Source: a virus (Duplodnaviria > Caudoviricetes). Taken from it: 64,000 nucleotides of DNA. Both the position numbers and the translations under genes were made by a program. Positions 56,943 to 64,000 of the stretch are shown piece after piece. Numbering within the stretch: position 1 is the stretch's first letter; each line of letters begins with the position of its first letter. The notes beneath the pieces are model-generated. The model was not told the DNA's origin. It did not search any database and worked only from the letters and a program-made list of their open reading frames with translations. Location: IMG/VR virus record IMGVR_UViG_3300036762_000188; one strand, written 5' to 3'.

Positions 56943-58034
56943 ATGTCTAATACTATCGTTAATATCCCAGGCCGTGAATCACAAACTCTTACTGGTATGG
57001 TCCTGAGCGAGAAGGAAGTTCGCGACGCGTACGCAGGTGTGATCGACCTCGGTTCTTACGTAGCCACTACAACTAAATCTGGAGATGATACTATTATCAC
57101 CTTCGCTAACCGTACTGGCACTAAAGGTGCTGATACTATCGTTAATATCCCTGGTCGTGAGTCTCAGACCCTTACTGGTATGGTCTTGAGCGAGAAAGAC
57201 GTCCGTGACGCGTACGCAGGTGTAATTGACCTAGGCTCTTACGTAGCTACAACTACTACTTCAGGCGGTAACACTGTTATTACCTTCGCTAACCGTACTG
57301 GCACTAAAGGTGCTGATACTATCGTTAATATCCCAGGCCGAGAATCCCAGACTCTTACGGGTATGGTCCTGAGTGAGAAAGACGTCCGCGATGCTTACGC
57401 AGGTGTGATTGACTTAGGCTCTTACGTAGCTACAACTACTACTTCAGGCGGTAACACTGTTATTACCTTCGCTAACCGTACTGGTACTAAGGGTGCCACT
57501 GCAGTGATTATTGATGGTGTCCAGGTCCTGTCTACTCCGGTAGATATGGATGAAGAGGATGTGCTGGATATCCTTGAGTCGGGCGCCTTTGGCGATGTCA
57601 CTGACTACGAGTATACTACTCAGGAAGTAGGTAATACTACCTTCATGACTTTCACCCCAGTTATGGGTGAACTCGAGGCTCTTTTAAATAAGAACAAGCC
57701 TGTAGATTTGAAGGCCCTATTACTGCAAGGGCTAGTTGATAGTGACTCTTCAGACTTAGAGGAAGATGAGGGTGAAGACTATTATTGTTTTGATGAGTTT
57801 GATGAGTTTGATGAAGGCGAGGAGGACGAAGACGAGGTAACCTCTACCGAAGTTATCATCGACGGTATGACGCCTCGTGTTCTACAGGGCATCATAATGG
57901 ATGCTAGTATGCTGATCGCAGCTTACCGTGACACTATTGACTTAAGCCAGTATGTAGCAGAAGAGCGTGTGCAGGGCAGTGTACTTAAGGTATATTTTAC
58001 AAAACGCCAAGGTGCTAAAGGTGCCCTGGCGTAA
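56943..58034 (+). CDS. polyubiquitin-like precursor (PRTRC protein C-type Ubl repeats)
   Basis: Three 61-aa units ending TFANRTGTKG, a divergent fourth unit, an acidic linker, and a fifth unit ending FTKRQGAKG-ALA; adjacent E1/E2/JAB genes. Confidence 0.8.
   Translation: MSNTIVNIPGRESQTLTGMVLSEKEVRDAYAGVIDLGSYVATTTKSGDDTIITFANRTGTKGADTIVNIPGRESQTLTGMVLSEKDVRDAYAGVIDLGSYVATTTTSGGNTVITFANRTGTKGADTIVNIPGRESQTLTGMVLSEKDVRDAYAGVIDLGSYVATTTTSGGNTVITFANRTGTKGATAVIIDGVQVLSTPVDMDEEDVLDILESGAFGDVTDYEYTTQEVGNTTFMTFTPVMGELEALLNKNKPVDLKALLLQGLVDSDSSDLEEDEGEDYYCFDEFDEFDEGEEDEDEVTSTEVIIDGMTPRVLQGIIMDASMLIAAYRDTIDLSQYVAEERVQGSVLKVYFTKRQGAKGALA
56946..57494 (+). repeat. three tandem 183-bp coding repeats
   Basis: Unit boundaries at 57128/57129 and 57311/57312; differences are mostly synonymous. 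Confidence 0.95.
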
Positions 58035-58040
58035 TTAAAT

Positions 58041-58062
58041 AAGGGGCTTCGGCCCCTTTTTT
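58041..58062 (+). terminator. intrinsic terminator after the poly-Ubl gene
   Basis: AAGGGGC-TTCG-GCCCCTT plus T run. Confidence 0.88.
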
Positions 58063-58079
58063 ATTAAGGGTATTTTAAG

Positions 58080-58601
58080 ATGGATTTTAGATCTTCTTGC
58101 ATGGCAAGAATACGCACTCTATTAGAAGAGTACGGTTCTACTAACGGATTACACCTACCAATCGGAGCTATAAATAGCACTTTAGGTTATATAGGGCCTT
58201 CAGGAGGCGTCTCTAATAATAATAATAGATTAATTTACTTAATGGTGGGCGCCTTGACAGAACCTGCCAGTTATAACCACTGGCTTTTAAATGGCAGATC
58301 TATACCTATATATCTAGAGCATAACGCTAGTGTATGTATAGGCGTAGTGAGTGGGTATAGAGAACAGTTAATGGAGCAGCTCGAAAGGCTACATGGGGCT
58401 ACTGTATCTATCGTACACATGAGTGATACAGTGTCTACTGTAAGGATTAGATTTCAAGGAGGAACCCTTGAAGGCGTTATGGCTTCTTTAGTGCAGTTAC
58501 GACAGATTATATCTGATATGGTTCTTAGTGGCAGGGCGTATGGATCTACTATACCTAACGTAAGTTATATGCTAGAGGAGGGTTCACATGGAACTTCTTG
58601 A
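58080..58601 (+). CDS. hypothetical protein in the Ubl locus
   Basis: 173-aa ORF coupled to the downstream operon. Confidence 0.6.
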   Translation: MDFRSSCMARIRTLLEEYGSTNGLHLPIGAINSTLGYIGPSGGVSNNNNRLIYLMVGALTEPASYNHWLLNGRSIPIYLEHNASVCIGVVSGYREQLMEQLERLHGATVSIVHMSDTVSTVRIRFQGGTLEGVMASLVQLRQIISDMVLSGRAYGSTIPNVSYMLEEGSHGTS

Positions 58602-58860
58602 GGCTATACTCGCCGTAGAGTCTAATGTAGCCGCGTCCCCTTTAGACGCAGCCGCAGAAGAGCTAATGACATTAGAAGCCAGGGTCCCTGATATCAGCTC
58701 TATAAGTGAGGTACTGCGCGTATTAGAGCGTGGCAATGACCTGCTTAACACTATCAATAGAGGTCCAGATCGTTACTGGCATAGCACATATAATAGTGTG
58801 TTCAACTTACAAAGGATATTATCCGTACCAACTTGTTCAGCAGGAGTGATTTATGTCTAG
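58588..58860 (+). CDS. hypothetical protein in the Ubl locus
   Basis: GAGGAGG RBS; overlaps both neighbours. Confidence 0.65.
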   Translation: MELLEAILAVESNVAASPLDAAAEELMTLEARVPDISSISEVLRVLERGNDLLNTINRGPDRYWHSTYNSVFNLQRILSVPTCSAGVIYV

Positions 58861-59485
58861 TTTAATTATAAGCATGGACCGTAAGGATATCGTAACCGTA
58901 AAGGATGCTACAGGCAGCCACTTGAAAACTATGTCGGTAACGTCATTTATAAACCTGCTTAAAGCCCTTAATCCAGAGGCCGTGGATTCCGTAGGGCGCC
59001 CTATATCCCTTCCTACCAGTATACTTACCATAGCAGGTTCCCCTGCTCTATATAGTATATCTATGTACTTTCCCGAAAAAGAGGCTGTTGTACGGTGTAG
59101 CGGCACTAATTATAACATCGTACTCCCTAATATAGTGCTAGAGATAGACCTGACCGAAGGTCCTGGATGCTGGACTATCACTAGAACTAGATGGATAATG
59201 ACTGACAAGAGCCGGGTTGATTATAAACCTGAGTACGGTAAAGTTCTAGCTATGCCTAACGTGTATAGCGGCGGCAGTATGTGCTACGGCGGTAACGCAC
59301 TACCCGGCAGGATCTACCATGATTGGACTATACTAGATAGCCTGTATCATGATGTATTACTGAAATCTCCATTCAACAATGACCTAGGTGTACCTGGAGT
59401 TGGTGCAAGTGCCGACGACTGGTTAAAAACCCTTAGCGATCGCCGACTTAACGGTGATAAATTCCCATATGAAAGATTCTTCTGA
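58853..59485 (+). CDS. prokaryotic E2-like protein (Prok-E2_D/PRTRC protein B type)
   Basis: LPNIV, MPNVYSGGSMCYGGN with candidate catalytic Cys, SPFNNDL. Confidence 0.8.
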   Translation: MSSLIISMDRKDIVTVKDATGSHLKTMSVTSFINLLKALNPEAVDSVGRPISLPTSILTIAGSPALYSISMYFPEKEAVVRCSGTNYNIVLPNIVLEIDLTEGPGCWTITRTRWIMTDKSRVDYKPEYGKVLAMPNVYSGGSMCYGGNALPGRIYHDWTILDSLYHDVLLKSPFNNDLGVPGVGASADDWLKTLSDRRLNGDKFPYERFF

Positions 59486-59492
59486 GGCTAAT

Positions 59493-60566
59493 ATGTCTAT
59501 TATCATAAACCCTATTACTACCGTGTTACTTAATCATACAGAAGTGGATGACCCTAAGTACAATCACTTCATGTTCAAATATGTGCTGGAGAAGGACCTG
59601 ACGTTAACTAGTACGTCTGTCATGACCGGTGGACGGTTTATCAAGAAGTACATAGCCAACCTGGCCGGTAAGAAACTACCTGCCGACGAGATACAGCCAC
59701 TAGTTAACGGGGTTAAGATCCCTATCCTCATCATGCATCAGATCCATAAGTTCTTCATTGATGTTATGAAATTGCATTCTGGCAGTGAAGCGCAAGCTTT
59801 TGTGGTCATGAGAGACGGTGAGTACAAGATATTAATCCCTGAGCAGACAGTAAGCGGGGCTGCTGTAACCTATGACCTGACTAAGGAATTATTACCGGGC
59901 GATATTATAGTTATGGATATACACTCCCATAACTCTATGGCTGCGTTCTGGTCCGGTACAGATAACCGTGATGATAGTAAGAATACATGGATCTCTGGAG
60001 TATTCGGCAAGGTAAATACTAAGCTGGAGTATAAGTTCCGCTTCAGTGATGCTACAGGGTCTCATTATGATCTTGACATTAAGGACGTCTTTGAAGAGGC
60101 TGCCGAGGTATCGATACCTGCAGAGTGGGTATCTAATGTAAAAAAGTCGGTACTCTCACGAGCGCCTATAAGCAATTACCCCGGGTTATACCGAGGCCCT
60201 TCGAAGCCGAAGAAGTGGAAGCAGAGCCCGGGCTCTTTAGAATGGGTTGGTGGAACAGACTATTCAGAGGATGATCTATCCTTAGATACAATGATCACCT
60301 CTCTAGAAGATGCCTTAGTGGAGGACGAGTTGGTAGATATAATGACAGACATGATCGACCCGTATGCAGGGGATCGCCTAATGGTTAGTAAGGTACTGTC
60401 TAGTCTGGAAAACGCCTTCAGTGGTAACGGTAATATAGACGTATCGTTCCCTATAGGTGCCGAGAACCTATTCCATAAAACTCACACTGTATTATCAGGA
60501 TATGGTACCGATAACAGTACCATACTGACGTCACTAGCTACCGTAAAGGGTATGTACAATGTTTGA
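59493..60566 (+). CDS. JAB/MPN+ metallopeptidase (PRTRC protein A type) with C-terminal extension
   Basis: E...PEQTVS...DIHSHNSMAAFWSGTDNRDD fits ExnHxHx7SxxD; start MSIII after GAGG. Confidence 0.9.
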   Translation: MSIIINPITTVLLNHTEVDDPKYNHFMFKYVLEKDLTLTSTSVMTGGRFIKKYIANLAGKKLPADEIQPLVNGVKIPILIMHQIHKFFIDVMKLHSGSEAQAFVVMRDGEYKILIPEQTVSGAAVTYDLTKELLPGDIIVMDIHSHNSMAAFWSGTDNRDDSKNTWISGVFGKVNTKLEYKFRFSDATGSHYDLDIKDVFEEAAEVSIPAEWVSNVKKSVLSRAPISNYPGLYRGPSKPKKWKQSPGSLEWVGGTDYSEDDLSLDTMITSLEDALVEDELVDIMTDMIDPYAGDRLMVSKVLSSLENAFSGNGNIDVSFPIGAENLFHKTHTVLSGYGTDNSTILTSLATVKGMYNV

Positions 60567-61464
60567 GAGAAAATTTGAAAGCATAATATCTACAGTAGTA
60601 GTTATTGGATGCGGAGGTACTGGCTCTCGAGCCATACCTTTGATGGTGCAGATACTTAAGAATAGCCCTCGGGCGTTAGCGCCTCGCTTAGTACTTATCG
60701 ATGATGACGTAGTGGAGCATAAGAACTTAGCACGTCAGAATTTTATCAACCAGGATGTTGGCAGAAGTAAGGCAGAGGTATTGGCCGAGAGGTATTCTGT
60801 TGCAATGGACTTCCCTATTGTATCCAATAAAGCTCGTATATCTGGTAACAATCTCGTAAATGTAGTAGATCAAGCTATGCATGGAAGAGGTTGGCCTTCT
60901 ATCCGTGGTACACATAGTCCTATATTCATACTATGTGTAGATACCATGGAGGCTCGCATGGATATACTAAAACAGTTGCCGGGTGGATCTATTGTAATAG
61001 AGGCTGGTAACGAGGATACCTTCGGTAACGTCACGGTGTTTGACGTAAGTGAATTCCGAGGTGCTAACGAAGCAACTCCATTCTATGGAACTGTGGAGAT
61101 ACCTGTAATACCAGCCCCGGTAGCACGATACGAACATGCATTAAAAAACCCGTCGGTTAAAACGGGTTCCTGTGCAGATTTAGATCAATCTGCTGCCATC
61201 AACAACTTGATGGCCGCAGGGATAAACACTATACTCCAGAATATATCGTATGGTATACCTCTAAGATATCGTACTAAATTCTATGATCTGGCAGGTAGTG
61301 ATCATACAGAGATAATGAACGTACACTGGTATAATCAGGAGTATAAGTGTGCTGGTATAAAAACTGCGATGCCAATGGCACATACGGCTAGGGCTGATGC
61401 TCTGAATCGAGACTTAGCAGCAGCCCGTAAGATACCTAAAGAACTACTTGCTGCTATAGCCTAG
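60559..61464 (+). CDS. ThiF/E1-like adenylating enzyme
   Basis: VIGCGGTGS, IDDDVVEHKNLARQNF, DVGRSKAEVL, CVD....R, GN, GSCAD...Q...IN. Confidence 0.93.
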   Translation: MFERKFESIISTVVVIGCGGTGSRAIPLMVQILKNSPRALAPRLVLIDDDVVEHKNLARQNFINQDVGRSKAEVLAERYSVAMDFPIVSNKARISGNNLVNVVDQAMHGRGWPSIRGTHSPIFILCVDTMEARMDILKQLPGGSIVIEAGNEDTFGNVTVFDVSEFRGANEATPFYGTVEIPVIPAPVARYEHALKNPSVKTGSCADLDQSAAINNLMAAGINTILQNISYGIPLRYRTKFYDLAGSDHTEIMNVHWYNQEYKCAGIKTAMPMAHTARADALNRDLAAARKIPKELLAAIA

Positions 61465-61727
61465 TAGTAAGTAGGCTTTTGCATAGCCTGCATTCCAAGT
61501 CCTGCTACCGACCCAGCTCCGTAACCCTTTAGTACTGTACTCCCTGCTACACGCAGGGCTGATACTAGTGCTTTAGGGTCTTTTTTAGCTATAGCAGCTA
61601 ATAGGGCGGGGGCGGCTAAACCTGATGCAGAAGCAACTCCTATCGCACCACCTGTAAGAGCGGCAACTCCGTAGTCAGGGTCGAACGCCTTCTTCTCTAG
61701 CATTCTAGCTTTTTCCAGTAAAGACAT
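61461..61727 (-). CDS. small Gly/Ala-rich protein, possibly virion
   Basis: LEKKAF followed by glycine-zipper-like hydrophobic segments. Confidence 0.6.
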   Translation of the reverse strand: MSLLEKARMLEKKAFDPDYGVAALTGGAIGVASASGLAAPALLAAIAKKDPKALVSALRVAGSTVLKGYGAGSVAGLGMQAMQKPTYY

Positions 61728-62154
61728 TTTTCTTCTCCATTAATATAGTTAACATCCTGCGGAATCCGAATACCGCCACGAAAATACCTATGATTATCCA
61801 GGTATACCAATCCGGTACTCCGGTCTTTAGAAATTCGAAGCCGGCCTTGACATTATCTTGAGTCTGAGGGAAAAATGAAGCTACGAATGGCGCTAGGAAA
61901 ACTAGCATAACGAATTCATCCTTCCAGGAATTCTCCTGACTCTTAACTGCTAGCATATCTAGATCATTCTGGGCGTCTGCGTCTCTCTGCATACGCACGA
62001 TAGAGGCATTGGCCTCTGCCTCTATAAGTCTTATTCTAGCATCTACTTCAGCAGCTTTAATGTTAAGCTTCTGCTCCTCAGTCATAGTCTTACGATCCTG
62101 CCATTTACCCACCAGTTCAGTAACCGGTGATATAAGAGCTGACCATATACTCAT
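61705..62154 (-). CDS. putative holin (3TM/GTA-holin-like)
   Basis: SWKDEF + TM, PDWY + TM + FGFR. Confidence 0.7.
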   Translation of the reverse strand: MSIWSALISPVTELVGKWQDRKTMTEEQKLNIKAAEVDARIRLIEAEANASIVRMQRDADAQNDLDMLAVKSQENSWKDEFVMLVFLAPFVASFFPQTQDNVKAGFEFLKTGVPDWYTWIIIGIFVAVFGFRRMLTILMEKKNVFTGKS

Positions 62155-62381
62155 TCTAAATCCTTGCGCCTCTCTTTGGAAGCCGCGGTAGAACTATCAC
62201 TTACTTGGAACTTACGCATCTCCAAGCCATTATCATCGTAAGTAGTTAGGATACCCTGAGCTTTATCCCATTCCCAACTACCCTCAGCCTCTACTAGTAG
62301 GCTATCCACTTTAGCGTCTATCTCTACCATGTACTGATATAGCTCAGCCATAGTTGGATTAAGAGGATCTACTGGTGTCAT
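62151..62381 (-). CDS. hypothetical protein
   Basis: Coupled minus-strand operon. Confidence 0.6.
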   Translation of the reverse strand: MTPVDPLNPTMAELYQYMVEIDAKVDSLLVEAEGSWEWDKAQGILTTYDDNGLEMRKFQVSDSSTAASKERRKDLE

Positions 62382-62832
62382 TTATCATCGCCTCTATATA
62401 AGTGTCCGCGGCTTTAGTAGCGTCACTGGTGATTAACTTCTCGTTACTAAACCTAGCTAACAGAGGGTGGTAAGGAGGTAGTCCTTCTGAGTTAAGTACG
62501 TATCGCACCACCGCTGTTATCATAGGAGATTCTACGTCATCTACTAACTCGGACAATACGTGCAGGGCCCACACCAACTCCAGAGAGGTAGGCATGTGCG
62601 TAAAGTACTCATCAGGATAGTATAAATTAGAAACCTCTATGAATCGCAGGAAGTAATCAGCATAAGTAAGGAATTCCTCTGGATTACGATGTAGTGATAT
62701 TAAAGTAGTCAATACCGCGTAGTCATTTTCTGTAAAGGACACTCCTAAGTCTAAGCTCAGAGTCTCAGGTTCCAACTCCCAATACTCTTCATATTTATTA
62801 GAGAGCATTTTATCTAGCTTAAGTATGTTCAC
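62359..62832 (-). CDS. hypothetical protein
   Basis: WELEPETL motif; coupled operon. Confidence 0.65.
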   Translation of the reverse strand: MNILKLDKMLSNKYEEYWELEPETLSLDLGVSFTENDYAVLTTLISLHRNPEEFLTYADYFLRFIEVSNLYYPDEYFTHMPTSLELVWALHVLSELVDDVESPMITAVVRYVLNSEGLPPYHPLLARFSNEKLITSDATKAADTYIEAMINDTSRSS

Positions 62833-63626
62833 ACTAAATCACCTATAAGACCTTTATGCGCTGAATCCAGTGCCTCTACCGCCTCTGGACCTGCGTCTAT
62901 AGCATCAACTATCTCCTGCCCCATCACTCTACGTATATCGTCAGCTTTTGACACTAAAAGCTCATAGGATACCTGGCGTCTACCTAGGTTTATAAGCTCG
63001 TCGGGGCGACGGACTGTGAAAGCCTCTTTCTCAAAACATTTATGCAGACCGTTCTTACTATCCAACATACGTACCATACCGCAGATAGATCTATTATCCT
63101 CCACAGTTAGCTTACTAGTATTAGTACTCTGTATGAACGAAGCTATTTTAGTGAAGTTATCATCACCTGTATAGGATGCGCGCCATGACAATGCGTTAAC
63201 TGCAGACTCTTTATTCAAATGTCCTGCGCCGGCATAAACCTTTAGATCGTCCGAGATACCTATAGAGTCATGCAGGGCTACACATGCTGACGCTACTTTC
63301 TCAAAATCTACGTGTATACCTGATAGATATTCTCTTAGGAAGTCCTCTTCAGATTCCACGTTAGAAGCGACCTTAGTCATAGAGTTAGTTAAAGCAGTTA
63401 CTTTATCTCTTAGATCGTATAGAGATACTGCTTTATTAACTCTCATTAGAGTATCGTAGTCTACTACTTCATGAGCCATTTTCTCCATGTACGCCAGTTC
63501 TAGCGCAGATACCAAGGTCTCGTTCATACTACCTGTAGGGAATGATTGTTCCAGGCTGGCAGTCTTTATCAGGGGAGCTATCTCAGGAAGCAGCTTCACC
63601 ATATTATTTATATTCTTGATAGGCAT
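62829..63626 (-). CDS. KxA-motif-rich putative virion protein
   Basis: KTAS, KMAH, KVAS, KVAS, KIAS, KEAF. Confidence 0.6.
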   Translation of the reverse strand: MPIKNINNMVKLLPEIAPLIKTASLEQSFPTGSMNETLVSALELAYMEKMAHEVVDYDTLMRVNKAVSLYDLRDKVTALTNSMTKVASNVESEEDFLREYLSGIHVDFEKVASACVALHDSIGISDDLKVYAGAGHLNKESAVNALSWRASYTGDDNFTKIASFIQSTNTSKLTVEDNRSICGMVRMLDSKNGLHKCFEKEAFTVRRPDELINLGRRQVSYELLVSKADDIRRVMGQEIVDAIDAGPEAVEALDSAHKGLIGDLV

Positions 63627-64000
63627 TATTTCCCGTATCCTTCTATGTAATTCATTAGTTTCTCAGCTTCCGTCATACTATGCTCGTAGCCGTCAGTATC
63701 GCCGCTTTCACCCATAGCCTTAGCTTTAGCCACCAGGTCGTGTACATGCGGTTTGTAGTACTCGTTAACCTCTCTTTTAGTAGGGGCTAAATCTACTCCA
63801 CTCATTAATATATTTTTAGAGTTAGTTTTTAAAGTATCAGATACTATACTAGGCTTAGGAACGTGTCCAGTAAGCATGAATAGGTTAAGATCATCCTCAC
63901 CCTTTATATTACGCAGCGATCCTACTACATCAGCCTGATTCCTGTTACGCGCCCTATCAGTTAGTACCTCTGCTATAGTCCCACCGAGCGTAGCTACACC
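63626..64000 (-). CDS. hypothetical protein, 5'-truncated by the window edge
   Basis: Frame of the 63626-63877 ORF stays open to 64000 (GVATLGGTIAEV...). Confidence 0.65.
   Translation of the reverse strand, partial: GVATLGGTIAEVLTDRARNRNQADVVGSLRNIKGEDDLNLFMLTGHVPKPSIVSDTLKTNSKNILMSGVDLAPTKREVNEYYKPHVHDLVAKAKAMGESGDTDGYEHSMTEAEKLMNYIEGYGK

Noticed and set aside
56946-57494. Assembly artefact explaining the triple repeat
   Set aside because: The units differ at many synonymous positions.
60559-61464. Thiamine or molybdopterin biosynthesis role for the ThiF gene
   Set aside because: No thiG/moaE-type partners; neighbours are E2-like and JAB genes, and the modifier ends in KG rather than GG.

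Overview
A 64-kb internal segment of a large lytic tailed phage with a contractile-tail (myovirus-like) gene set. The host cannot be named from sequence alone. Plus-strand blocks carry accessory and metabolic genes: RNA ligase/PNKP RNA repair, TrpRS, ThyA, a CoaB-like/class II aldolase fusion, a TerD/TerB cluster with a Ca2+:cation antiporter and a K+ channel, a SNF2-like helicase, RuvC, dCMP deaminase, DHFR and NrdAB. Minus-strand blocks carry tail fibres, baseplate, tube-like protein, tape measure, frameshifted tail chaperones, terminase, endolysin and holin. Standout observations: (1) a phage-borne PRTRC-type ubiquitin-like conjugation locus (E2-like, JAB peptidase, ThiF/E1) headed by a polyubiquitin-style precursor with tandem ...GTKG units conserved in protein but diverged at silent sites; (2) a ~306-nt structured RNA closed by a 26-bp stem that rebuilds the uL11-binding GTPase-associated centre of 23S rRNA around a ~200-nt insertion; (3) six integron-type gene cassettes with short attC-like sites, inside an island that split and duplicated the RNA ligase 5' end; (4) a 313-bp iteron-rich origin-like element present twice in inverted orientation 28 kb apart. 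All protein calls rest on motif recognition by eye; no database search was run.
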